Shown: positions 28,770 to 40,700 of the stretch, in pieces
Layout of the letters: every line of letters starts with the position of its first letter
How positions within the stretch are numbered: position 1 is the stretch's first letter
Source of the DNA: a virus
Strand: one strand, 5' to 3'
Virus record (IMG/VR): IMGVR_UViG_3300020182_003555
Length of the DNA: 64,000 bases
Program-made: the position numbers and the translations under genes
The notes under the pieces: model-generated
Seen by the model: only the letters and a program-made list of their open reading frames with translations
What the model was told of the DNA's origin: nothing
Database searches by the model: none

Positions 28770-29791
28770 GTAAGTCCCAATCGAATTTAAATAAGCAATT
28801 AACATCTTTAATTCCTGACTCTCTTATATCTTTTTTTGAGATAGATTTTTCTAATCTTCAGGTAGATTTTGAGAATTTAAGTGACTTGTACGGGGTCAAC
28901 TTCGGAGCTGAGGCTAAGTATAGATTTTGCCCAATGATTAACAACTCTAATCCTGTAATATGGCAAGGTGTATCGTATCAACCTTTACCTATTAAGATGG
29001 AAGGTTTTGATTCTTCCTCTGACGGTAAGCTTCCAAGGCCTATGCTTTCAATGGCTAATCCAGAAGGTATATTTTCTAAAATCTCTCACTCTAATCAAGA
29101 TTTCTCAAATTGCCAAGTCACAAGAAAGAGGACTTATGCAAGATTTCTTGATGATGAAAACTTTCAAAATAAAAATTTAAACGAAAAAGGGAAGAATCCT
29201 TTTGGCGCGGCGGATCCAAATTCCCACCTCTTGGACGATGTTTACTTTATAAATAAAAAAGTTTCAGAAAACAAACAAGTTATCCAATTTGAGCTTGTCT
29301 CGGCTTTAGAATTTGAAGGGTCTTGGGTTCCTGCAAGGATCGTGATGGCTGATTATTGTAACTGGACCTATCGTTGCTCTATTGGATGCGGTTATAAGGG
29401 CTTACCTATTGAGACTCAAGAGGGGAGGGTATTGTACAACGATATAGATCCCGATAAGAATTCTAGTATTGCTGAATGGGATCGAAATAAATCTGAATAT
29501 GAAGTCGGAGATGTTGTAATGATTGAAGGCAAAGTTTACAAAAACCCCCAAAAAAGGGTTCCTCAAGTTTTTGTTTGTAACAAACAGCATAAGGATGTGT
29601 CTATGCATCACCCTTATCTAGACTCTAGGTACTGGTTGAAAGATGAATGCTCTAAAACGCTGGAATCTTGCTCGAAGAGGTTTGGTAGATCTAAGCTAGA
29701 CCTTATTCCTTACAATAGGGCTGATCAAACTTATGAAGGTTTGAGATTTGGAGGTTTTCCTGGTACAGAAAAGTATAATGTCCAGGGTTGA
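28766..29791 (+). CDS. lambda gpL-like tail tip protein (Fe-S cluster cysteines)
   Basis: YQPLPIKMEGF, PRPMLSMAN, VTRKRTYARFLD, YCNWTYR..GCGY, CSKTLESCSKRF, FGGFPG. Confidence 0.9.
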   Translation: MSKSQSNLNKQLTSLIPDSLISFFEIDFSNLQVDFENLSDLYGVNFGAEAKYRFCPMINNSNPVIWQGVSYQPLPIKMEGFDSSSDGKLPRPMLSMANPEGIFSKISHSNQDFSNCQVTRKRTYARFLDDENFQNKNLNEKGKNPFGAADPNSHLLDDVYFINKKVSENKQVIQFELVSALEFEGSWVPARIVMADYCNWTYRCSIGCGYKGLPIETQEGRVLYNDIDPDKNSSIAEWDRNKSEYEVGDVVMIEGKVYKNPQKRVPQVFVCNKQHKDVSMHHPYLDSRYWLKDECSKTLESCSKRFGRSKLDLIPYNRADQTYEGLRFGGFPGTEKYNVQG

Positions 29792-30116
29792 TTTTAATGA
29801 AAAAATATTAAAAGAAATAGAAGCGTATGCATTGTCTAATCCTCTTGAGGAGTCTTGCGGTATTATTCATAAAATTGAAGATCAGTTTTATTTTTTACCC
29901 GCAAAGAATTTGAGTGACAATAAGTTTGATTTTTTTATAATAGATAATCGCCTTATAATTGAATATAATACAGTATGCATATTTCACTCTCACCCGAGAA
30001 CCAGTTGTAGGCCCACTCCTTTTGATATGAAAATTTCTGACGAACTGTGCTTACCTTTCTTGATATATAGCTTAATGGATAAAGAGTTTTTCTTATACGG
30101 GAATATAAGTGTATAG
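29778..30116 (+). CDS. gpK-like JAB/MPN metallopeptidase, without an NlpC/P60 domain
   Basis: EESCG and HSHP....T..D JAMM-like motif; start reassigned to ATG 29778. Confidence 0.8.
   Translation: MSRVDFNEKILKEIEAYALSNPLEESCGIIHKIEDQFYFLPAKNLSDNKFDFFIIDNRLIIEYNTVCIFHSHPRTSCRPTPFDMKISDELCLPFLIYSLMDKEFFLYGNISV
30109..30115 (+). promoter_or_regulatory. putative phage late promoter, GTGTATA
   Basis: 25 nt upstream of GTG 30134. Confidence 0.4.
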
Positions 30117-30133
30117 GTATATTAAGGTTTAAG

Positions 30134-33100
30134 GTGAAGAGTGTTTTTTTATACGGAAAATTAGGTGAGAAATTTGGTCGAAAATTCGACCTTAACGTCG
30201 ATAGTGCGCTGGAGGCTTTTCGAGCTATAGACTCAAATTGTGAAGGTTTTTTTGATTATATCATTGATCAACAATTGAGGGAGGTTCACTACGCTATAGT
30301 TTGTAGGCACCCTTCGAGCATAAAGAATGAAAGAGATTTAATTGATAACTCTATAGGAGATAGTAATTTTAACTTAATTGTTAACTCTAAAGAAATTCAC
30401 GTTCTTCCAGTTGTTGCTGGTTCCGGAGTTATAACAGCCGTTGTAGCAGCCTGGAAAGCTGCAGCTGTTATGACTAAGGTTATGATAGTTATGACGGCTG
30501 TTCAAATAGCTATAGCTATAATAACAAAGCCTCCTGAACCTAAGGACGATAGGAAAGACCCAGTATCTACAAAGTCTTTTCTTCTTTCTGGAAGCTCTAA
30601 TAGGCGAGCCCAGGGAATCGCTGTTCCTTTGGGTTACGGAAGGTTGATTATTGGCTCTACCGAAATTTCTCACTACCAGGAGACTTTTAAATATACCAAC
30701 TCTAAAAACGGCCATTTAGAGTCTTATGTTAAGTTGAGGTATGTTGACCTTATCTCTGAAGGGCCAATTTTAGGATTAACCAACTCTAATGGAGCGCTCC
30801 TTAGCACTTCAGATCTTAGAGAGGGTATTTTTTTAAATAATGTTCAAGTAAAGAATACTCCAAAATCTAGCGGGGAAGGGGATAATTCTCTAAACTATAT
30901 TTTAAATGAAGATACAGAAGATGTTCCTGTAATAAAATTGGGTGAAGATGGCGAGACTAAGCTTTTGAGTCCAGATGTAAGATATTTAATTGATTATCAA
31001 AATGTCATGTTTGGCTCAAGCCCTTATGGCCCGTCAACTTCTCCGGGAAGTGCAGATTTCTGGGGAACAACGAAAAGAGCTATGAAACAAGGGGCTAAGG
31101 CGTTCGCTCATTCAGTCTCTAATAGTTCCGTATCTTCGGTAATCGCCGCGTTTAAATTTCAAGGTTCTCAAACCAATAAACAGAGTGGCGAAGTCTCTGG
31201 TTGGAACGTAAGGTTTGCTATTGAGGTTGTAATTGATAATGAAAAGTATAATTTGGTCGATTTAAAAAAAGATCCTACTTCGGGTTTTGACTTTTCAGGA
31301 AATACCCTGAGTAATGGCAGTGGGTCTTTTTATTGGCTCGAGAAAACAGGGGAAAATGATGGGATGTTCGTGATTAACGGTCTTGCTACATCAGCTTACC
31401 AGGTAGATCTTAAGATAGACTTAGGGGAAAATGTATCTAGTCTAAACTTTATAAAACTCAGTTCTGAGTTGGACCCTTCTGTTAGCGGGGGAACTGTTGG
31501 TGGAATGAGGAGGGAGAGAGCATTGTCGGTTGCGCATATCGTCGAAGTAATTAACGAAAAACTTTTATACCCTAATTCCTCATTGATATCTTTTTGTATC
31601 GATTCCAAGAACTTCTCGAAAGTTCCTGCTAGAACTTTCCACGTGAAATTAAAAAGGGTACTGGTCCCTTCTAATTTTGATGAGTTTTCGAAAAAATACA
31701 TAGGTCCGTGGAACGGCTTGTTCAAGGGTCAAAAATCATCCTCTGAATCTATATATAGCATAAGCGATAAAGATAAAGTGTGGACAGATAATCCCGCTTG
31801 GGTATACTTTGATATGTTGAATAATTGCAGGTACGGCCTAGGGAAATACGGCTTGGAGGAAAAAAATATAGACAAATGGCAGCTTTATAGGATCGCTAAA
31901 TATTGCGATGAGTTGGTTGAGACTGATTTTCCTATAGAAAACAAACATGGCGTGCCTCGCCTGTTTAGCACTTATAATGAGATTGTGTTTGATGGAAATG
32001 AATATGATTTGGGCGTTTTTGATTTAGATATTTCGGGGAGCTCCTTTGATCAAGACAGAGAAAACGTTACGCTTACCGATGATGAGTGGATAGATGAATT
32101 CGGGGACGGAGATTCTTTTAGGGGTAAAAAGATTGCGTTTTTTATACATCAACACTCTTTTTCGTTAGGCGGGTTAACCCTTTCGCAAAGGAGGTTAGCT
32201 CAAGAAAGGTCCGCTTTTAGGGAGGGGGAAATTGTGATCGAGGAAAGAGTTATTCATTCTAGCGACTGGAAGAAACGAAAGTTGACTGTTACAGGTCCTA
32301 GTTTTGAAAGTAACTCAGCAACCTTTGAGCATAATATGCCGGGGGTAGGAATTATAAAAAATACTATTGGAGCCTGCGTTGTTCAGAAAAATCATGCTGT
32401 CGTTGAGCCTAGGTTTTCTTCAAACTTTTACTTTACCGAAAGAGCTGACTCGTTAAAGATTCTAAACTCTATAGCTTCTGTGTTTAGAGGTATAACTTCC
32501 TATCAAGATGGGAAGGTCACGTCTGTGATTGATTGCTTCAAGAAGCCTTCTATGCTTTTTAATAATTCAAATGTTTCTCCAGATGGTTTTACGTATTCTG
32601 GCGTTTACAAAAATAAAAGAATAACCGCTGTCTTGATCAGGTATAATAATTCAGAAAAAAATTTTAAACCGGATATTGTGTTTGAAGAAGACGCTGAAGC
32701 TTCCCAGTCTTCTGGTTATTTAGAACACGAGATTATGTCGATGGGAGTTACGTCTCAGAGTCAAGCAAGGAGGTTTGCTAGGTGGGTGCTAATGACCTCC
32801 CAGTTAGAGACTGAGGGGGTGTCTTTTGAGTGCGGTCAAGAGGCGGCATACTTGGCTCCTGGTTCTATTATTGAGGTGTCTGACGAAATGCGAGCAGGTA
32901 AAAATAAAAGCGGAAGGGTTCTTTCTTTAAAAAGAAAAAAAAGAACAACCGCTGCTGGCAAAGAGATTATTAAGCACCTCATCTTTGTTGATAAAAGAAT
33001 AGAGTCAGAGCCTTCCTTGTCCAGGATTGAGGTTACAATAGCTTCTGGAGCAATTAATACTGATCTTGATTTGATAGAAAAAAGAAGTAAAAGCGAATCT

Positions 33101-34756
33101 TCTCAACAAGATCAAGATCAGGAAATTGATTCCCTGCAGACTCCTCAGTACTTTAAGTTTTCAGCATTTATTAATGTTTCTAGCGACCCAGAGGATTTTG
33201 GTCCCGATGGGCAGTCTACTTATCTTACGGATTTAATGTTGAAGCTTCAGGTTGAGTTTGATATAACCTTAAATCAGGTTAAGTTATTTAACCATAACTT
33301 AAAGAGCGGGGATAGGGTTCGGTTTTCTTCCTCTGGGGTTCTTCCTGGGGGGCTATCTGTCGATAGAAAATTCCAAAAAGCTTATTTTGTTAAAGATGTA
33401 AACCGACATAGTTTTACTTTGTCTCTTGAAGATGGAGGGGCGGTTGTGAATATTGTAGATCAAGGTTTCGACTCTTTGTCTAATCGAGGAGGAAAGCATT
33501 TCGTTTCTCCCGAAAATATCGAAGGGATTTCCCCCCTTACTTTAAGCGCAATAGAGCAAATAGACCCAGGTTCAGCTTATTCTATTGCTGGGCTTTTTGA
33601 CTCTGAAAGAAGGAGTGTTGATTTGGGGGTAGACGGAATAGGTTTTACTGATGCGGAATTAAACAAGCTTGGGGTTACGCACGATTCAGGTTTTGGTTGG
33701 GCTCAATCTTCCAGATTTGGTAGAATTTATATTCACTCTAGATCTTGGATCCTTTTGTCCTCTCATTACGCCAGGTGGATATCTATAGATAATTTTTTCG
33801 ATAATGAACTGTTCAGCGGTTGGGTTTGGAGTCTTGAGTTGGGTTGGATTTGGTTGAGTGATGTTTACTATAATGATGGTGTTGAATTCTGGCTTGTTTC
33901 TGATGGAGAGAGAGGTTCGGAAGACGGAACTTGGATTTCTCCTATAATTTCAGAAAAAGGAAAGATTTATTGTATATTTTTATTTGATAATATGCAGAGT
34001 GGTGGAGTTCTGGAAGTTTCGGACGACTACAGGATTGGCGATATTGATCTTGAGGTTATTTCTGTTCCTGTTCAGGGTGCTGAATATTATGTTTTAGCAT
34101 TTAGGGATGATTTTGCTAAAGGCTGGGATGATTCTTATAGAGACTCAATATCTAATTCCAGCACCACTCCTACTGCCGCATCTGTTGAAAATTTCTTGGA
34201 TAATTCAAATTTCAAAAGAGTGGGGGTTTTGGAGTTTATTCCTTCTGGTTCGGAAAGTTCCATTCAGGGAGAGGAGTCTGTTCATGTAAAGATTTTAAAT
34301 TCTCATGACGCGGATCTTAGTCAAAACTTTACGGTTAATTTCGATAGTGTTGAGGATAATATAAGTGGGGCTTTTCACCAAAGCATTATTGCTCAATCCT
34401 GGCACACTATTAGGATATCTGAAGACATTGTTGAGCTTATTGGTTCTTCGCAATTAAAGCAAATAATGGACACGCAGAATTTTTCTTTGCAGAATTATGG
34501 ATATATTAGTTTTTTCGAAAACGCCAGATCAATTAACCAGAGGATTTATGAGTCCGCGTTGTATCGGGTAATGTCTATTAATGAAGAGCCTTATAATAAG
34601 TATAAGGTATCAGCTTTAGAATATAACCCTTCGAAGTTTGCGGCCATAGATAAAAAGGGTATAGTCAGAAAACCTTCATTGCCAATACCCCCTCAAGCAG
34701 ATATGTCTGTACCTGAGCCTCCTGAAGGTTTGATTTTAACAGATTTAACTGTATAA
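30134..34756 (+). CDS. fused lambda gpI-gpJ-like tail tip protein (N-terminal part of J)
   Basis: gpI-like start LYGKLGEKFGR..EAFRAI and VPLGYGRLIIGS; gpJ motifs DLISEGPI.GL, WTDNPAW..FD, SQARR.ARW.L, YKVSALEY. Confidence 0.85.
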   Translation: MKSVFLYGKLGEKFGRKFDLNVDSALEAFRAIDSNCEGFFDYIIDQQLREVHYAIVCRHPSSIKNERDLIDNSIGDSNFNLIVNSKEIHVLPVVAGSGVITAVVAAWKAAAVMTKVMIVMTAVQIAIAIITKPPEPKDDRKDPVSTKSFLLSGSSNRRAQGIAVPLGYGRLIIGSTEISHYQETFKYTNSKNGHLESYVKLRYVDLISEGPILGLTNSNGALLSTSDLREGIFLNNVQVKNTPKSSGEGDNSLNYILNEDTEDVPVIKLGEDGETKLLSPDVRYLIDYQNVMFGSSPYGPSTSPGSADFWGTTKRAMKQGAKAFAHSVSNSSVSSVIAAFKFQGSQTNKQSGEVSGWNVRFAIEVVIDNEKYNLVDLKKDPTSGFDFSGNTLSNGSGSFYWLEKTGENDGMFVINGLATSAYQVDLKIDLGENVSSLNFIKLSSELDPSVSGGTVGGMRRERALSVAHIVEVINEKLLYPNSSLISFCIDSKNFSKVPARTFHVKLKRVLVPSNFDEFSKKYIGPWNGLFKGQKSSSESIYSISDKDKVWTDNPAWVYFDMLNNCRYGLGKYGLEEKNIDKWQLYRIAKYCDELVETDFPIENKHGVPRLFSTYNEIVFDGNEYDLGVFDLDISGSSFDQDRENVTLTDDEWIDEFGDGDSFRGKKIAFFIHQHSFSLGGLTLSQRRLAQERSAFREGEIVIEERVIHSSDWKKRKLTVTGPSFESNSATFEHNMPGVGIIKNTIGACVVQKNHAVVEPRFSSNFYFTERADSLKILNSIASVFRGITSYQDGKVTSVIDCFKKPSMLFNNSNVSPDGFTYSGVYKNKRITAVLIRYNNSEKNFKPDIVFEEDAEASQSSGYLEHEIMSMGVTSQSQARRFARWVLMTSQLETEGVSFECGQEAAYLAPGSIIEVSDEMRAGKNKSGRVLSLKRKKRTTAAGKEIIKHLIFVDKRIESEPSLSRIEVTIASGAINTDLDLIEKRSKSESSQQDQDQEIDSLQTPQYFKFSAFINVSSDPEDFGPDGQSTYLTDLMLKLQVEFDITLNQVKLFNHNLKSGDRVRFSSSGVLPGGLSVDRKFQKAYFVKDVNRHSFTLSLEDGGAVVNIVDQGFDSLSNRGGKHFVSPENIEGISPLTLSAIEQIDPGSAYSIAGLFDSERRSVDLGVDGIGFTDAELNKLGVTHDSGFGWAQSSRFGRIYIHSRSWILLSSHYARWISIDNFFDNELFSGWVWSLELGWIWLSDVYYNDGVEFWLVSDGERGSEDGTWISPIISEKGKIYCIFLFDNMQSGGVLEVSDDYRIGDIDLEVISVPVQGAEYYVLAFRDDFAKGWDDSYRDSISNSSTTPTAASVENFLDNSNFKRVGVLEFIPSGSESSIQGEESVHVKILNSHDADLSQNFTVNFDSVEDNISGAFHQSIIAQSWHTIRISEDIVELIGSSQLKQIMDTQNFSLQNYGYISFFENARSINQRIYESALYRVMSINEEPYNKYKVSALEYNPSKFAAIDKKGIVRKPSLPIPPQADMSVPEPPEGLILTDLTV

Positions 34757-34761
34757 TAGTT

Positions 34762-37700
34762 ATGGTTTCCACTTCATTAGGCGTCGAATTTAAGGTTTTA
34801 GATTTAAGTGCTAAGTACGAGGTTGTTGGGACTTCAGATAACTATTCTTTCCAGTATGAATTGGGTAGAGGTAATGACATTGTTAGTAATATAGGTGATA
34901 CCGTTCAGGAGGTTATTTCCTTGAAGGGTAATTATGGAGTCTTCAAAGTAAGAGTTTTTGCTGTAAGTGATATAGGGATAAGATCTTCATTTTTAGAGGA
35001 TACTGTAAATATTAGCCCTCCGGAGTTTGATGGTACTTTTACTTTTTCTAATCTAAAAATAGATGGAATTAGTCAAATTTCAGAGGTAGGAAAAACAATT
35101 ATACATACGCCTGAATACCCTGGCGATAAAATGATAGTAAATTCAGAATATATCGGAAGGGATATAAAGCTATCTTGGGATCTTCTTCCGCCCGCTGGTC
35201 ACCCTCTTGAGGGGGCGCCTGTAAGCTCCGAGTTGCTTTCTGATAAGTTTTTTGATCATTTTAAAGTGAAAATTAAGAATGGCGCCGACTCTTTAATTAT
35301 TGAAGATTCGATCCTTGACTCGTCTGCCGCTTTACGCAACAACCTTTCTACCGACGAAGTTTCTGATAAACTGAATTATTATAGAGATTTTAATCTTCAC
35401 TTAAGTAGAGAAGTTTTTGAAGAGTCTGAGCTTAACCTGAGTAGGACTGTATCTTTTGAAATTGTTGGTTTTGATGTTTTTGGGAATTCTTGCACTGGTA
35501 TGTTGACGGGCGTAAACTACGAGCCAAACTTAACCGCTTCCCAGTCTTTGCATGGGTCAAAATGCTCGTTTGCATTTTCATCTTTAGATACAGATTTTGA
35601 GTCTACCCGAATAAGGTTTATCGCTATTCCAGAGGGCGAAGCTTTGTTTGATTCTTCAAGTATAGAGCTAAATCAGGAATATTACGCTTCAATTAATGGG
35701 GCCTCTGATTACGTTTTTTTAAAAAACGAGTATATTGCTAGCGGGGATAGGTTTGTTGTATTTGAGGATGGTCACGTATATAAATCTATACAGGATCATG
35801 TTAGTTCTGATAATTTGAAACCTGGGAATTCTGATTTTTGGCAGGATCTTGGGGAGAAGGTTCCTTATATAACTTCTCAAGAGGATACTGACTTGGATTT
35901 TTTTGAGGTAGACCAGCTGTTTGGTTATTCTTATTATTACGATTTTCAGCCTTTTGACGCTTACGGTTCTGGGGCTATTTATAATTTAAGTGAGGATAGC
36001 TGGGGAAATAGCTCGCTTGCCCTTAGATACTCTCAGTATTCAGATTTAAAAAGTATAACTTCTTCGATAAAAATTAGAGACTTATCTTTTAGGGAGAGAG
36101 GAGACTCTTTAGTTTTTGATTGGAAGTTTGAAGATCAAGATGGTTTACCTGTCGCAATTAGCTCTTATAAATATTTAACGAATGTTTTAGATGCTCCTTC
36201 TGTTATCGGAGTAAGCGGCCACCTTTTTGATAATCACACTGATCAGTATTTGTCTGGAATTTTTTCAGAAGAGATTATAGAAAGTTTTTCGTATTCTAGA
36301 GAAAAGAATAATCAAATTTATAAAAACGGGGGTTATCCGCCGGGAGTTTTTAGTTTTGACCCGTCTTTGGTATATTCCCCCGGCTCAAGCCTTAATAATT
36401 GCGAAGTTGATCAAAAATTGTTTTCTGCTTATCTAGATAATTCTCTTGAGCAGCCTTACATTAAGCCTGTGTACGAACTTTGGGATTCTTCGAGAGATTA
36501 TTACAAAAGAGAAGGTTCTCCTTTTTCGGATATAGTCTCTTATAACGATAAGTTATTTGAGGTGGTTCAAGATTTTGGCCCAGGGTTGAGCTCTTCACTA
36601 GGGCTTTTTAATGAAACCTCTGTCTATAAGGCGGGGGATGTCGTTTTATTTCCCGTAGGCTTTAACATTTTTACTCCATCTGATAGGTATTTTGTTGGCG
36701 AAATGGTTCTTTTTGAGGGTTCTGTATTTGAATGCTTAAGAGATATAGAGCCTAATAATATATTAAGTTTTCCGGACTCCAATTTTGAGTACTGGAAAAA
36801 GCGACATGTTTATGAAAAAACGAACCTGTTTTTATTTAAAGCTAATATCGATGTGGGTTTATCCAACACTCCTCCGAGTGAGGGATCTGCAGAATGGTCC
36901 ATACAAACTCCAGGTAGTTCTTCTAGCTTTTCTCTTTTTGCGGACAGTTTTTCCAGTCAACCTTTAACGGATAATATTTATTCTGAAGGGTTTGTATTTA
37001 AGAGAAATGTCTCTAATCCGACCTTAGCTCCTACAACTCCGTTAGTTAGCTTAAATCAAGATTATTCTGCTGAAGAATGGACTCCTTTTTGGGAGTTAGA
37101 TGATCGTTTCGACGACGTCGTATTTAAGCATGTTGGTATTCCGGAAGGCGGAAAAAGAAGTGTTGGGCTTGAGGTCGGGATTGTAGATTCCAACGGGACT
37201 GTTGTTGTTTCGGATAGAATTATTGGCGATAATCCAGCTCCAACAATATCAAGTAATGGTTTTTCTGTAGATTCTCAAAGCGAAGTAACAAAAGTAAAAT
37301 TTAATTTTAATTATATTCGAGGTAGGCAAGAAAAAACTACTTTATTGAATTTATATAGATCTGATCAACCTGATTTTGAGATAACAGGTTCCGATGGTTT
37401 GCCATTTACTGAAATTAATCAGACAAACTCTACTTTTGTTAAGTCCGTACTGGGAGAAGGAGATGCAACTTTTGGAGATAATATTACTCAAATAGTAGAT
37501 GATACCGCAGAAGTGGGCGAGGAAATAACTGGATACTATTATAAATTATTACCTTTCGATGATTTTGGTAGTGGAGTATTGTATACTGCGGTTGATGATA
37601 AAGATCCAATAGAAAAAGTTTGGGTTTTACCTAAAAACTTTCATTCAAAAAATCCAGATGCTCCTACTGGTCCCGCTATAAAAATTACTACAGACGAAAT

Positions 37701-40700
37701 TCCTGGACCTGTAAAGAACTTAGAAGGCGAAACTGCTTTTGAAAATTATTTCTTGAATTGGAATATGCCTAATGCTCAAATTCAAAATAATCTTTTGGTT
37801 GATGCTGCTCCAAATGATATTAGTTACTATGAGGTGTGGCAATCAGCAGGGCAACCTAATAATTTTTTACAATTTTCTGATGGATCTTTTTTAACAGAAG
37901 AGCAAAATGCTACAGGATACAGAAGAATTGATGGAATACAATATACCTTTGGAGATAATATTCCAACTGAATATGAAGATTTTGCGAGTGGTATTGTAAA
38001 TGCTACAAATGTATTGGATATAGATGCATCTTCTCCGTCTATACAAATAACTCATAGAGGACAAGTAAATGATACTAGTTACTTTTGGGTAAGACCTGTT
38101 GATCACGCTGGAAATAAAGGGCCTTTTACTGGTGCATCCGATCTTGCTAATACTGATAATGTAGAGGGTTTGAAGTTAATTTTAGGACAAGCAAAAACTA
38201 CAGATATTGCTGACTTTGAGCAAAATATAACAAAAACATTTCCTAATACGGTAGCTTTGGTTCCTAATAACCCTTTTAAAAATCAAGACCCCAATAGTTC
38301 GTCTATATCTTGGGAAAGTCATTATTTGTATAATAACGGAACTGGCTATTATATTTCTGCAGGTAGCACAGACGATAAATTTCTTTATTTTACGGGAAGT
38401 TCTTTAGAGTTAACTGAAGACCAAAAGAAGGAAGAATTAAAGCTGGGTCAAGCTGGAGGAGGAACTCTTGACGACTCTAAAAATAATCCCCTCAGGAATG
38501 TAGTCTTTACTGGAGATTACGATTCTGTAGATTATCATCCCGCTGGACAGGGGCAGGGTACCGACAATGAGCTTCCGGCAGTAGTAGATGATAGCGATTT
38601 TATAATAGCAAGAAATGTAAACGGCGTAGCCTCTCCAATGTGGCACGCATTTGCTAACGCATTGATTGGTAGTGCTCACATAGAAAATGCCGCTATTACA
38701 AATGCAAAAATTCATAACTTAACTGCAGACAAAATTAGAAGTGCAGAAATAAAAGGTCAAGATATTCAGGTGGGTCTTGGTGGGGGTAGCGGTCAAATTA
38801 GGAGCGCTGGCTTCGATGGTCTTGCTGATACTGGAAAAGGTTTTGTTGTTAGTGGAGACGGAAGCTTCGTTTTTGCGGCGGACGACGGAAGATTGCACTT
38901 TGATGATGGCGAACTTGTATTAGAAGGAAAGCTTAAGCAAGTTGATGGTAAAGAATATACGTTTATAGATTTAGATGCTTCACCTGATTCTTTCTTTTAT
39001 AGTGAATTGTCTGATGGAACATATGTTAGTGATGGACCTCAAACCTGTGAAATTAGGGCGTCTTTTCAAAATAGTTTTGTTCAAGGCAATCAAGTTAGAT
39101 TTAGAGTCAGTAATCCTAATAATGGATATGAATTTATTAAGTATAGCGATTTTAATGATAATCCTGCTTCTGCGACATATGGTAAATACAATATAAGCGG
39201 ATTTAAATATGATCCAACCAATGGTGACTTTGTAGGCGGAGAACCTAAGGTTGCTACTGCGGAATTTAATGTAACTGGATTTAATCAAATGATTAACACT
39301 GTTGATTCGCAGCTTACAACAATTATTGTTTCTGCATCAGGATTAAATACCTCAACTGAAAGATCAATTCCAATTAATTTTGTAGCCGATGGAGCTGCTG
39401 CTGTATATGTAGAACTTACTGCAGATCAACAAGTTTTTGAATACGATTCAGATGGAAATGAGCTTGCAACGAATAGTGATCCTACATTAACTGCGGCGGC
39501 ATATAATGCTGATGGATTGATATATTACAACTTTAAAGATTCTGCGGGATTAAGTTTGCAAGATTCAGAATCAAATTCTTATGTAGTACCAAATATACCT
39601 GAAGAATTTAAAGATATGCCGATAACTTTTTCTGTGGATATAAGTGGACAAGACGATTCAGCTATACTTGCCTCTGATCGTTTTACATTTTTCGGAACAC
39701 ATCCAGGTAAAGATTCGTATTCTGTTTTTCTAACAAATGAAAATCATACATATCCAGCAAATGAAAATGGTTTTGTTAGTAGTTCTGATCTTGACGTAGG
39801 TAAAACTCAAGTTAGATTCTTTAGGGGAAATCAAGAGTATGCCTTTGATGAAACTAGTCCATTCGGCGAAAATACATTTAGTCTTGTTAGTATGACTAGC
39901 AGTGATTCAGCTGTTACTCATTCTGCAGATCCACAAGGGGTTGGTGTTGATAGAAAACTTTTTGTTAAAATGGCTGCCTATCCTGACGATAAGAATGAGG
40001 GGACTTTTACAATAAAAGTAAAAGATAATCAATATAGCTCTCCAGATCCAGAAGTTACTTTTGAAAAAATATATACCTACTCAAAATCAATAGAAGCTGC
40101 CAAGGGAAGAACTGTTGAGTTGTCTGCTGATACACAGGCGGTTAAGTATGATACTGCGGGTGATAATCCAACACAAAATCAAACAGTTACAATAACCGCA
40201 TTTACGACTAATTTCATTGCTCAAGCACAAGGTGGAGCGGGAAATGTGGAGTATGAATTTTTTGTAGTAACAGAGCCAAATACAAGTAACATTAAAATTA
40301 AAGGTAGGGGACCGGATAATACTGTAGGCGTTGCAATTCCTAATACTCATGATGGAACTGCAACAACAAATCCTGCAACTTATAGTTTGCCTGTTACGAT
40401 AGAATGTAAAGCATACGACGAGACAGTGGTCGCAGGTAACTCTGTAAAAGATGATGACAATCAACCAAGAGCTACAGATCAAATTACAATATTCGGTCTG
40501 AAAGAAGGCTCTAATGCTATCACTGTAATTCAGTCTCAGCAATTTGTTAATGTTCCTGTAAAAAATGATAGCTCTGGTGGAGTAACTGATGTAGATGTTT
40601 CTAATACAGAAAATATTTTAACTGTTTTTGATGGAACAAATCAATTAAATTATAAATCAGACCCTGTTCCGACAACCATAGATAATGCAGATATTGGTTT